DNA of 64,000 nt from Octopus sinensis (taxonomy: Eukaryota): assembly GCF_006345805.1 (NCBI RefSeq), contig NC_043001.1, positions 85,064,001 through 85,128,000 on the forward strand, in the 5' to 3' direction. A model generated the notes under the pieces. It was given only the letters and a program-made list of their open reading frames with translations, made no database searches and was not told the origin of the DNA. Shown here one piece after another: positions 22,540-58,129 of the stretch. The translations under genes were made by a program, and so were the position numbers. Numbering within the stretch: position 1 is the first letter of the stretch; each line of letters starts with the position of its first letter.

Positions 22540-24480
22540 TACCGAGAGTGATTAACAAATGGCGTTGTGAGACCGTCGAATCGTCGGCGATTAAACCGGC
22601 AACCCCACCAAGCTTGGTTGGTGAGGAGGGTGGCTTTTCGACACTCTGCGGGATTAAAAACAAAACCTGGCAAAGGGCAGAGGAACTTCAAAAGCCAATG
22701 GCCATTCCCAAAGCTGGAAGACAGAACTTGTGAGACTTGGTTGGCAGTCTGTCTAGGAGAAAGAACATTCTGATTTCAAAACAGGGCTAGATGGGAAACC
22801 TTAGTTACAGTGGGGACAACCTGTCAGTGTCCAATGGCTCCATACCTGGGATGAAGGCGAATGATCTGTGAATCAGGATTTAACTCCGGAGCCATATTTG
22901 GATGAAGTGACGGGACCAACTGACGTACACCTAAATCCTAGTGAGAATCAGGATCATAGTCCCCAAAACACATAAATGTGAAGGGAACAGGCCCATTTTA
23001 TGAGTAGTAAGAGCTCTGCAATCTCGGTTGTCTCCTTCACCAAACCAACAGGAGAAGTGTGAGAAATGGCGAGTATTTAGCGCCTTCAAATAACCAGTGC
23101 TTCGGGTAGACTGTACTCGTTAGCCTTGCGTGGCAATTACACTAAGAGAAGGAACACTCTGAGTTCAAAACCAGGGAAGCAAGGACCCTGTCACCTTGGC
23201 GGACTACCTTGATAGAGATGGTGTGTCGGTGAAAATACCGGTTGGTGGTAACCTACAAACACACCTCATTTGTGAGTGAAAACGCCAAGCAAAATTTATG
23301 ACGATAGCGGTGTGAACGGGACTGGAACCAATGGTGAAGGTGGTACACCTAGCAGGTGCCCCATTGTGCAGCAGGGTGGGCCCGGTCGTAATCCAGCAAC
23401 TGCAAGGCATGCTACAATACATAGTTGGAGTAAACAAGTAAACATGATGGTTATAGAGTGTTACTATCGGAGCACCCCGGTGGATGCGAATGGGGTGAGG
23501 ACTGTCGGAGGGTACAGAAAACCAGTGCACAGTGAATGGAAGGCAAAGAGATCATGTAACCAAACAAGTGCAATGCGAAAGAAGGGATGGTTAACAGGAT
23601 ATCAGGTGAGGCCGGGTATGCAAGAAATGAAAGAGGTATAGTGGAAGAGATGGAGAATTGTTCGCAAGAATGTAATACCGTGAATTGTGAAACAATTGAG
23701 ATCAGTGACTATTCAAACAATGAAGATCGATTAATAATAGATAGAATTTTGCACCTATGAAATACATAAAGGACGGGATCTCTCTATCGCTTTTAGAAGT
23801 CTAACCAATGGAGACTAGCTCAAGAGACGAATAAAGCCAATATTATACTAAGACACACTGAAACAAAAGAACATCACAGAAACAAATAATCTTATCAAAG
23901 CTGCTAGTAGGATTGTGTCGGAAAGGATGGGATTGAGAACTATTGAGAATAGAACAATGACAGATAGAAGAGGAAATAAACAACCGTAGTGGAAAATGAG
24001 AATTTCTAAAGATATAAACTCCTTGAACAGTGTAGTGTTAATACTTGACAGGAAAAGAAATGGAGAACATAAGAATGAATGAAAATTCGAAAAAGTCAGG
24101 AAGACGTTTGGTGTAGATATACAAAAGGCCAGAATGTTGTAATTGAAGAGCTAAAGCACCGCGTATATGCAAAGAAAGCAAAGCTAACTAGGTTTGAACA
24201 ACGGACTAAGCAATACCCGCAAATCAAATTGTTTAGAATCAACAAAACAGATTTTAACAAGTGATCAATGACGATAAAAAACGTGAATGATTTGTCCCCG
24301 ATTTTGATGAAAGTCAACGTTTTGCGGGTAAGATATGCAGTAAGCAAGAAAAACATAATACTGCGGTTGAAAGACTCTGCAGCTTGATGCAAACAGCTTC
24401 TTATCACTAGAAAGAGGCAGCCCACTTCACGGAAGTCAGTATCAGAAATATGAGCGAAAGGATTTAACAAGTGGAAAGGA
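22540..24480 (+). mobile_element. R4/Dong-like non-LTR retrotransposon, 5' portion (long 5' UTR + N-terminal domain), decayed
   Basis: Frames give WSKQVNMMVIECYYRS...GYRK...KKGWLT, ITETNNLIKAAS, P*WKMRISKDI and EELKHRVYAKKAKLTRFEQR, typical of the R4/Dong N-terminus. It breaks off at the start of RT. Confidence 0.7.
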
Positions 24481-25054
24481 CAGGATCTCAGTACCACTTT
24501 TAGAAGGCTAACCAATGGGGACTAGCTCGCTAGAATGTGAACGTAATGCCGAACGAAATGCTGTAAAATGCTTTTTCCGGCATACTAACGAATCTGCTAG
24601 CTCGCTACCTGGAATGTAAATTTAATATTAATGAAAGTTTTGCTCCCGTAGCGAAAAGAAATTATTAACTAACTCTATCCAATCTGGCTGAGAAGGCAAG
24701 TAATATAAATGTCTTAAAATGGGGCTCCCATATTTGGCCTTTCATATTGATTATCCATATAAGACATTTCACTCATGCTTTCTGGCCCAAGATTGGCACA
24801 TATAAACAATCAGTGATGTAACGATTTATAAGAAATACGTAAGGTAATTTCCCATAAATGACACACACAGACAGAACCAATAGCCAAGATGGTGTGTACA
24901 TGCATAGTTTAATGAGACAAATAGCAAAAATGACAATAAAAATGTCTGTAAAAATACAGAAGTCTCAATACACAAGGAAGAGTAGTTGTGGAAGTAGTTG
25001 TAGAATAGGTTGTTATAAAAGAAGTAGTAGACGTAGAATCAGAAAAGGTAGTAT

Positions 25055-25129
<75 letters not shown>

Positions 25130-25509
25130 AAAGCGGAGTAGGAGGAGAAGTTTAAAATTTATGAATGAATAGGGATATAAGTCGTATAGGCTTCATTGAT
25201 ATTCATGTAGATTTTACTTTGTTATTCTCTTATCAGAAACATAATAATAAGATAATAGTAGTAGTAATAATAATCGTTTCTACGACAGGCACAATGGCTG
25301 ATATGTTAGGGAAGAGGACTAGTCGATTACATCAACTCCAGAGCTCGACTGGTATCTATGATATTGACCACCGAGAGAATGAAAGGAAAGTCAACCTCGT
25401 CAGAACGTAAAGCCAAAAGAAATGCTGTTTTGTCCGATACACCACTGACTCTTCTAGATTACAGCCTTGCTAATAGTAGTAATAATAATAACAATACTTT
25501 CAACTATAG

Positions 25510-26070
25510 ACGCAAAGTCTGAAATTGTAGGAGGGTGGGGTGCGAGTCGATTACATCGACCCTAGTGTTTCAACGGTACTTAATTAATCGACCCCGAAAG
25601 GATGAATGGCTAAGTCGACCTCGGCGAAAATTGACCGTGGAACGTAATGACGGGTGAAATACCTATTCCTCTACAACCCACAAGGGGCTAAACACACAGA
25701 GATAAACAAGGACAGACAAACGGATTAAGTCGATTACATCGACCCCAGTGCGTAACTGGTACTTATTTAATCGACACGGAAAGAATGAAAGGCAAAGTCG
25801 ACCTCGGCGGAATTTGAATTCAGGACGTAGCGGCAGATGAAATACCTATTTCTTTACTACCCACAAGGGGCTAAACACAGAGAGGACAAACAAGGACAGA
25901 CAAACGGATTCAGTCGATTACATCGACCCCAGTGCGTAACTGGTACCTTTCTCGGAAAGGATGAAAGGCAAAGTCGACCTCGGTGGAATTTGAACTCAGA
26001 ACGTAGCGGCAGACGAAATACCGCTAATTATTTCACCCGACGTGCTAACGTTTCTGCCAGCTCGCCGACT
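25510..26070 (-). mobile_element. Head-to-tail trimer of SINE family A
   Basis: One full copy followed by two headless ~180-bp units, joined at GAAATACC (25656, 25839, 26015). Confidence 0.8.
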
Positions 26071-26255
26071 TAAGTAATAATAAATATTTTAAAATTTTAG
26101 TTCAAGGCCAGTAATTTCGAGGGAGGAGGTACGTCGACTGCATTGACCCAAATACTCAAGTTGTACTTATTTTATCGATCCTAAAAGAAGGAAAGACAAA
26201 GTGAAACTCAGTGAATTTTGAACACTGAACGTGAAGACGGACGAAATGCCGCAAA

Positions 26256-28272
26256 GCAACTCTGTCATGTCTTAATTTATACTTCACTGGTGCTAAGACT
26301 TTACATCCAGAGATTAGGTGGTCCACTGTTTCAATCATGTCGTTGCAGAATCGGCATTTTGGGTCTGCTCCATTTTTCATCACATTGGCCTGGTAGTTCC
26401 GGGTTAATAGGCTTTGATCTTGAGCAGCCAGGATGAAACCTTCGCTCTCTGCTTTTAGCCCTGAGCTCCGTAGCCACTGATGGGTTTGCTTCTGGTCAAC
26501 ATCAGCTTGTTTGCTGCGGGCCACATATTTGCCGTGCAGAGGTTTCTCCTCCCACCTATCAGCCAATTGCTCGTGCGCTTTTTTCTTTGCCATTATTTTC
26601 AGCTTCTTTGCAACAATAGTTGCCGTACTTCCCTCGGGTTGTTCAGTTTGGGTATCCTGCACGAGATCAATAGCAAATTTTTTGCTTTCCTTTATGATAT
26701 AATGAAGCTTCTTTCGTCTCTCGTGATTTTCCACGAGCTTTAGCATCCAGTCATTCGTTATTTCGAGATATTTGGCCAGTCCAATTGTGATTGTTTTGTA
26801 AGCTAGTTCAAATTGGATTAGGCCTCGACCTCCTTGGGCTCTGGGAAGGTAAAGCCGATCTACGTCTGCCTTTGGGTGGTGCATCCTATTACAACTCAGC
26901 AGCTTGCGTATTTTTCTATCTATATTCTTTACTTCACTCATATTCCAGTTCAACACATTGTAGCTATAAGTAACAACTGGAACTGCTAAGGAATTTATAG
27001 CTAACACCTTGTTACGTGCATTTAGTTCAGATTTCAGGACTGCACGAATTCTCCTATAACATTCCTTCCTGATCTTCTCTTTCATGCTTGCATGCTGAAT
27101 ACCAGAGCTTTCATTTATCCCTAAATATTTGTACGTTTGTTCTTGCTCAAGCTCTCTTATGACTGTGTCAACATCTAACACGACTGAATTTGTGGAAAGT
27201 GGCCTTGGCACACTTCTCAAGTCCAAACTCCATCCCGTTGTCATCGCTGAATGCTTTCACAGAGCGCAATAGGCCTTCAAGTTCACTATTGTCTTTACCA
27301 TAAAGTTTTATGTCATCCATATAAAATAGATGGCTTATTTTTTTATTGGCAATTTTATACCCATACCCTGTTCTGTTTAATTCACTTGTAAGGGCTATGC
27401 AGAATATTAAAGGTGAAAGTGAGTCACCTTGAAAAATACCACTGTTGATGTTTATATTTTCTGAGGCAAGTACTCCATTAGAGTGGTATAATTGGAGATT
27501 CGTATTCCACAACGACATATTGTGCTTCAGGAAGTTTGAAATCACAGGGGAAATTTTGAAGATGTCCAGCGATCTCAAGATCCATGGATGCGGTATACTG
27601 TCAAAGGCCTTTTTATAGTCAATCCATGCGGAGCCGAGATTTCTGCGCTTGTTGTGACAGTTCTCAAGGATCATACGATTAATTAGCAGTTGATCTTTGC
27701 ATCCGTAAGAGCCTCGGCGGCACCCTTATTGTTCAATGGGGAAAATATCGTTCTTCTTCATGAATGCATATGTTTTCTCCGCCAGGATAGATGTTAGGAT
27801 TTTATACGTGGTGGATAGACAGGTTATAGGCCGATAGTTTTTTGGAAGGTTGGTTTCGTTATTCTTTGGGAGAAGGTAAGTAATACCACCTGCTAACCAT
27901 TCAGGCGTTTTCTTTGGGTCTCTCATAATTCCATTGAGCACCTGAACTAGCTTACCGTGTGCGCATGGGAGCGATGCGAGCCAGAAATTCGGCACCCTAT
28001 CTTTACCGGGGGATTTCCAGTTATGGGCCTTCGTGAGTACCTTTCTTAGGTCTGCTATTGTGATGTCTTCCCATGCTTGTTGTTGTAAATTTTGGTAGGA
28101 TCCTTCAGTTTGTATAATCCAGTCTGCATTTATGTTGTACGTCTTCTTGTCACTCCAAATCCTTTTCCAAAACTTTTGAACTTCTTCCATGGGAGGGGGG
28201 TCTTTAACGGTTACTTTCTCCTTCCCTATTTCTCTGTAGAATTTTTTGGCATTGGATGTGAACAGCTTATTC
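26256..28272 (-). mobile_element. R4/Dong-like retrotransposon RT to CCHC fragment, truncated at both ends
   Basis: ORFs 27726-28274, 27168-27674 and 26156-27244 give NWKSPGKD, NYRPITCL, WIDYKKAFDS, GIFQGDSLSP, YMDDIKL, FGLEKCA, YKYLG, KPLHGKY and CRFC...HLISGC. A SINE replaces the RLE domain. Confidence 0.9.
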
Positions 28273-28274
28273 AA

Positions 28275-32133
<3,859 letters not shown>

Positions 32134-32289
32134 AGCAACAATAACAATCCTCAACATCATCATCATCATAATCAGCAGTAACAGCAGCATGAAAATCATG
32201 ATCAGCAGCAGCAGCAGTAGCACCAGTAGCATGAACATCATCATCAGTACCTTCATTATTATTATCATTTACTTCTGGCGAACAAGTGC

Positions 32290-32930
32290 GTGGTATTGAT
32301 TATAAAGTGAAAACGAAGGATTAAATCTAATGAGCTAAAATTACCAAAACTTGATATCATTAGACCATTGAGAGAAAATAAAAGATACAGGTAGAAGAAG
32401 CTGCTACAGGAAAATAACCTATCAGAAAGGTGAAATGAGATAGAAAAGCTCGAAAGCGTATACTAGAAGGATTAGGAAGTAGCTTGCAACGAAACTCAAT
32501 GGAGGTTAATATCATCAATGCAATCAATACGTGGGCCATGTCAATGTTGCGATAATGATATTTTGTCGTAATTTTTAAAGTGTATAAATTTAGAGATACA
32601 GGAATTGGGTAAAAGAACTAGGACGATTTTTACAGTGCATAACACTTGCCTTCCTAAATGCTAAATCGACAGGATCCGTTTTATTAGGAAAAGAAGGAAG
32701 CAGAAGTGTGTTAAAAGCAGAAAGCATCATCAATATTGGGATATGCGATTTGAAAATGTATTGTGTAGCGAAGGTTATTTTCTACGCCTAGAGATATAAG
32801 AGTAGTCACTGAAACAGAAAAGAAAGTACGACAGAAGAAATTGATGTAGAACTTTATGGCCAACTCATGCAAAAAATCAAGGATTATGGAAATAAAGAAC
32901 ATTTGATGTTGCTGAAAACTGAAAACTAGA
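32290..32930 (+). mobile_element. Old R4/Dong-like thumb-region remnant
   Basis: Degenerate frames give YTRRIRK*LATKLNGG.NIINAINTWAMSML and ELGKRTRTIFTVHN. Confidence 0.55.
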
Positions 32931-32995
32931 AATGAGAAATGACACATTTGTTTTTAGTAACTCTAAATTTTGAGATAATATGGTCAGCCAAAATC

Positions 32996-34184
32996 ATGTC
33001 CTATCGCAATAGAGAAGTGAATTTACTACACTGCTCGGAGAAAAATGTTTTCATTTGTTGCAATAATGATCAAGGCTTGTTGATGATAGTGGGCATGTCA
33101 AGTATGTACCAAATGATTGGCGCTTATTCGTAGTTAATTTTAAGCGGAGCTTAAATGTGTGCTCCTATACAATAGCGATAAATATGGATCGATTTCAAAT
33201 GGTCACTCAGCTGAGATGACTGAGGGACATGAAACAATCTTCCTGCTCTTACAGAAGGTATCTTACCGTGATCACCAATGGCTAATCTGTGTGGATTTTA
33301 AGCTGGTGAATTTTTTCTTGGGTCAGCGGAATAAATACATTAAGTCTCTGGGATGGATGATCTAAGGATGAACACTGGGCAAGAATACAATGACCAATGG
33401 GAGAAAACATGGTCATTGGAGAAAAGAATGTAATCGCAGAACTCATAAAAGGAAACGCATGACAGACCCATATTTCAAGTTTCAATGAACAATGCTGGGG
33501 GAGACGCATGGTCATCGGTTACTCTGATCGTACGAGATTTTCTTGGCAGACATAAGAAATAGCTACATTGAACTAGTGAAGAACATGCTCTTTTCTTTCC
33601 ATGAATTGGCTGTAATATGAACATCAAAGTGCATTGCCTTCACAGTCACTGGGATCACTTTCCTGGCAACCTTAGTGACTTAACTGATGAACAGAGTGAA
33701 TGTATCCAATATTTAAAAACAATAGAAGAAAGATATGGGGGAAATTGGGACGCCCCTATGATGGTGGATTACTGCTGGGCCATTTAACGTCATTGTTCTG
33801 GGGTTAGTGACCACAAAAATCTACGAAGCGTCGCTTTCTTGGAACGTCTAAGTAGACAGACTTCATATCAATGACGTTGTACGCTCCTTTCACTATTATC
33901 CGATTCTACAGATGCAATTTAATCATAAGGCATTAGATCCATTCTTGTCTGAAGCCATTTTCTTTTATTCCATAGGCAACAATAATGATTTTTAGTAATA
34001 GTTCTGGTACCCGACCGCCGGTGTGCATACCAATTAAGGGTATAACATATCACCATAACTAGAGCTTATGGAGATATAACATATCTGCATAACTAGAGCT
34101 GGTGGCATATTTAGAATCAGCAATCAAAGTGTACCTAAAGAACAGTTCTAATATCTCAGGCAGCAAATCATGCGGTCTCTAGTG
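32996..34184 (+). mobile_element. DDE DNA transposon remnant, Chapaev3/CMC-like
   Basis: Broken frames give NDWRLFV..KRSL, VLLYN..KY, HQWLICVDFKLV.FFLGQ and MNIKVHCLHSHWDHFPGNL..LTDEQSE...EERY.GNW...MVDYCW; the terminus ends in ...CTAGTG. The family name is recalled from motifs. Confidence 0.6.
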
Positions 34185-35155
34185 TAACAGATCTGTGGAT
34201 TGCACCTGGCCATTCGTACCTTAACACCATTTAGTCCAAGCTGAGGCCTGGGGCTGCACAACAGAATCGTCAGTAATTTGTTTGGTGCCTGTCTCTGGCT
34301 TCTTAGTTGATACGAGGATAAAAAATAACATTATGCTCTTGGAGATGCTAGTCTGTTTGTAGTGGATATTTCATGCAAGAAAGATTTAAGTCAGCTGCTG
34401 GAAATCATGAATCATTCATGAATTTTTACAGTGCTTCCAACGATGGCGACGACGTACGATGATGAAGCCGAAGATAAAAAGGGTGATGGTGGTGGTGGTG
34501 GTGGTGGTGACGGTTGCGATGACAACGACGACGACAACGATGATGATAAGGAAGGAGAAAAAGAAGAAGAAGAAGAAGAAGAAGAAGATGATGAAGAAGA
34601 AGAAAAAGAAGAAGAAAAAGAAAATTGTGATGATGATATATTGGCAAAATATACTGTTTATTACAGTAATGTTACTGACGATTTGGATATATGACAGTAA
34701 TCATTGCAGTGCAGTATTCGTCCGATGTGTGCAGATATGATGGTGTTACTGGTGGTGGCGGTGATCTTGGTGCTGTTGTTGGTGCTGTTGTTCTTGTTGT
34801 TGTTATTGTTCTTGTTCGGGGGTGGGGGAGAATATTTTCGTCTAACAAAAAATTACATCACAGAATGTCGAAACATTCTCATGCAATTCTCTTACGAGAA
34901 ACACTCCCTCCACCCTTCACTCACAAACACTAAATAAAATCACAATAAAAACACAATAAAAAAAAACACTTAAAATTAAGTGGATGGAAATAGCATTCCT
35001 GACGGTCAAGATTTGTGACGCGACGTGTTTACCCCTGGCAAGGACATCTCAGCTTTTAACATTAGTTAATGTGTACCACACTGAACTTTCTTTCTGATCA
35101 TCATCATTGTTCTGAACCATCTCTTAAGCAGGTATAATCACCGTCTCAGTGGAAA

Positions 35156-35186
35156 CCAATAATTAAATCTGTCTGAAACACATGTG
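35156..35186 (+). promoter_or_regulatory. Proximal promoter motifs: CCAAT, TAATTA, palindromic E-box
   Basis: CCAAT at 35156-35160 (about -70) overlaps TAATTA at 35160-35165; CACATGTG at 35179-35186. Motif match only. Confidence 0.4.
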
Positions 35187-35194
35187 GAACACAC

Positions 35195-35229
35195 TATAAA
35201 AAGCTCTCCATATTCAGTAGATTTCAGTT
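35195..35229 (+). promoter_or_regulatory. TATA box + initiator core promoter of S-crystallin
   Basis: TATAAAAA at 35195-35202 and TCAGTT initiator at 35224-35229. The A at 35226 is 31 nt after the TATA T (canonical spacing). Predicted 5' UTR is ~110 nt. Confidence 0.75.
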
Positions 35230-35335
35230 GTCTTTACACTCTCATTGTCTGCAGATTTGTTGCATCTCGAGAAGTTCTTTCTCTGACGATTTCACTTGTA
35301 GCAAACAGCTCTACCAATACTCCTAACAAACAACC

Positions 35336-54812
<19,477 letters not shown>

Positions 54813-54902
54813 ATCAATCTCTAAAATGATGAAGTATTATCGTTAAAATACATCAACGGACAAAAATACCAACAACAATGATGTCGACAGCAGACAGCCA
54901 TG

Positions 54903-54960
54903 AATAAAGCAACAAGTGAAAAAAAAAAAAAAGAAAAAAATTATTTCCTCTTCAAATAAA
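54903..54960 (+). terminator. Polyadenylation signals of S-crystallin
   Basis: AATAAA at 54903-54908 and 54955-54960, about 90 and 140 nt after the stop codon. Confidence 0.65.
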
Positions 54961-55844
54961 CGAATGTTCCTTTCTACATGAAATTCCTTTATGTCTGTAA
55001 CGCTCTGCCATTGATTCAAGAAGCTGTAAATGGCTGGCCGAGACGGTCATAATAATAATACTGATGAGGAAGATAACATAACGGCTAAAATCACATATTC
55101 CGAAATCCAAAATAAAATAAGAAGATGAAAATAAAAACCAACTGCAATGATTTTAATTATCTAGTAATTATAGAAAAAATACATTATTGATTTATTATAT
55201 AACAAATGGCAATCTAATTACGTTAAATAATTAAATAATTAAAAAAATTAATTGTTATTCTGTTCAGTGTGAGTGACGTTTATCTTCGTTATATTTTGTT
55301 TGCTTTTGCGTTGTATCTTCGGAGGTGAGGTACGCAATAGTATTATTGCTGTGCAACAACAATCACGTTGTGGTTGGATCACAGAAAACTAATTGCACGA
55401 CACGGGTTCGATTACAGCTTATTTACTTATTTCAGTCATTAGACGTTGGAGTACCGCCTTGAAGGGTTCCATAGATGAGATCGACTTACATGATTATCTT
55501 TTAGTTTGATGCATTTTTCCGATCTCTCTTGTTGAGCCACTATGTAAACAAACAAACAAAGATTGTTACGTGGTGGGGACAAACACAAACAAAAGAACAC
55601 ACACCACACAACCACCCAAATATACACGCACGCGCACACATTCACAGAGTGGTGCAGAAGTAGGTATACAGTTACGGATAGAGAAAACACGTACAATACT
55701 CTTTCAATTTTATAAAAAACGTTAAAAATTACGATAAAAGTATTATTATTATAGTTATGATAGATGTATTATTATGATTAATGACACTGAAAATATCAAG
55801 AATTAGGCTTATTAATTTAATGTGCTATTTTAATGAGTTAAGTA

Positions 55845-56418
55845 TTGGGTTGTCCGGAAAGTTCGTGCCGTTTTTTTTTATAGGAAAGAAAAAGTCACTA
55901 AATACTTGCCATTACCCAAGCTTTACCACGTGCTCATGAACGACGGATTTTCATAGGTTGAGGTTTTCTGCCAATTCTTGGGTTGTGCAATGTGGTTATT
56001 CTCAATTAATGACTTCATTTGGTCATCATCTATAGTGGATGGTCTGCCTGATCGCTCTTTATCAATAAGGCTACATTCTCCAGCTCGGAACCTTGCGAAT
56101 TACTTCCGTACAATTCTTTCGGATAAAGAAACATCACGGTAAACTGCGCATTTTTTTTTTTTGGTTGCTTGTGGGGCATTTTTTCCCTGCATGGATAAAG
56201 AAAAGCCTCAAGTGCCGAAAATGAACTTTCTTATCTTCCAGTTTAAAGGGTTACTGAATTTACAGTTTATAGGAACATAAACCTTCCACGAAAAGACAGC
56301 TTAAACTGTGCTCTAAATGGGGGTATAGTTAAATCCTACTTTATGGACTCAAACATGATTTAAAATAAATCGAAAGTTAAGCTACTATAGATCGGCACGA
56401 ACTTTACGGACAACCCAA
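55845..56418 (-). mobile_element. Mariner deletion derivative with intact TIRs and TA target duplication
   Basis: TA-TTGGGTTGTCCGGAAAGTTCGTGCCG ... CGGCACGAACTTTACGGACAACCCAA-TA. The minus strand retains the HTH region (MEDKKVHFRHL...ERIVRK*FARFRAG..SL.DKERSGRP); no catalytic domain. Confidence 0.88.
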
Positions 56419-58129
56419 TATTATAACATAGATGTGATACTTACTGTATACCTAATTGTGCAACCTCCTGTATGTGTTTGTGTGTGAATGTATACTCGTC
56501 GGATTCCTCTCTGCCAAATTTACTTGCAAGGAATTGGTCAGCTCGGGGCTATACTAGAATTCACTATCTCTAGATGCGGGCGCAGTAGGACTGAATCAAA
56601 ATTACGTACTTGCAAAGAGGACATCTTACCCATGTGGCCATACCGCCACCGATGGATATGGGCTATATTTTATTTATTTGATTTATTTGCAATTCCGCGA
56701 CTCCACTCATTCTATTAAGTACAGTAGGTAATAATATATCAAACGCCCGATGTAATGGCAGGAACGATCGGGGCCCTAACAAGAAGCCCTAAAATATTTA
56801 CCGTTCTGTGTTTAAATGCCATTGATATCATGTTTGATTACATTTCTAGAGGGTGCCAAGTTTCTCTGGCCATTCTCTCTAAAATACGATTCCTGAGCGA
56901 TTTGTGAATATGCAACTATGTGTTCATATTAGGAAAAGTATTTTTTATCCCACTATGCTGTGAGGTTAAACAACGTCGATGACAAATTTGAGTTTCATAA
57001 TTATCTGTAAATACTACGATACAATACTACGTTACTGCAAGAAGGGGGTGGCTCTAATCGTTTCGGCCTTTTAGAATTTAGTTTCAATCCTCGTTCATGT
57101 CTACGCATTTCAATTTCCTGCAGTTGGTGTATAAAATGAGTAGCAATTAAATACTTTTGTGTATATGATTGACTAAACACTTCACCGAAATATTTTCCCG
57201 TGGTACATTTGCTACAAACGGAAATTATTTTTGTAATCATTAGTGAATGATAACTTCTTCTTATTTCTCCTATCATCCACTTTGACATCACAAAAAATAA
57301 GACAGAGATCAACTTTGACAACCGTCTGCTCAGGTACACAGCTCAAATAAAACTCATCTTAGTATTAGCTCCGTTTGGCGGATAATCGAATGCTTTACGA
57401 CCTGACCGAGAGAGAATCAGATATTTGTGAGACAACTGAAATTTTATTCCGAAACAGAAAGTGGAAGCGATGGAGTAGCTCACAAATATATATGTAGAGG
57501 TAAAGCAATTCTGAAGTAACCACACATTATGATGCTGACATTGAGGTCAAGAAAGGTTTACAAGATATGTGAAGATGTACAAATACTGATAATCGGAAAC
57601 AAGGGTGGGGCAAAAGCGTTATATACTTTATCTGTATGTATGTATTATGTGTGTGTGTGTAAATATATATATATATATGTACAATAGTTCACATCCCCTA
57701 AGATTTTTGCGAAACTTAAGTTATGGAGTTGAATTAGAATGTTCTTAAATACAAGCAAGAATACAAGATTAAGCAGATGTATTGAATTCTATTTTCATTT
57801 CATGTGCTCAGTAAGGTATGTTTCTATATAAACACAATAATTTACACGCGCACACACAAGCACACACACATACACACGTACATATATGGATGGGTGGATA
57901 AACGAAAAATGTGTCACTCAACATATTTGTTAGGTGTTACATATACTATTTGTTTAATAACAGTTCCCATGATCTTGTTTAGAGTGATATCGGTGTAGTA
58001 GAGACATAAAGTTGAAGTCCCAATCTGTATTTATAAGATCCCGTGGTTGAACGGTATGCTGGTGGCACTTGTTTATCTCGGAAATACACTAAGAATTGAT
58101 AGCGACAACAATTCACCATAATAAGATAC

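Noticed and set aside
22540-23270. HDV-like ribozyme in the R4/Dong 5' UTR
   Set aside because: J4/2-like strings (CTAAG, CGAA) are present, but I could not build P1/P2/P3 around them.
25510-26070. Regularly spaced repeats resembling a CRISPR array (also 41511-41730)
   Set aside because: Units are 110-180-bp SINE segments without unique spacers; eukaryotic context, no cas genes.
34426-34740. Acidic Asp/Glu ORF upstream of S-crystallin
   Set aside because: Compound (GGT)(GAC)(GAA)(GAT) microsatellite.
35291-35301. Possible splice acceptor (ttcacttgtag) before the ATG, implying an upstream non-coding exon
   Set aside because: The canonical TATA-Inr spacing just upstream explains the 5' end without it. 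It cannot be excluded without transcript data.
55061-55115. CTGATGA-GGAA...TTCC-GAAA downstream of the S-crystallin 3' UTR
   Set aside because: Stem II pairs, but there is no stem III, NUH site or stem I.
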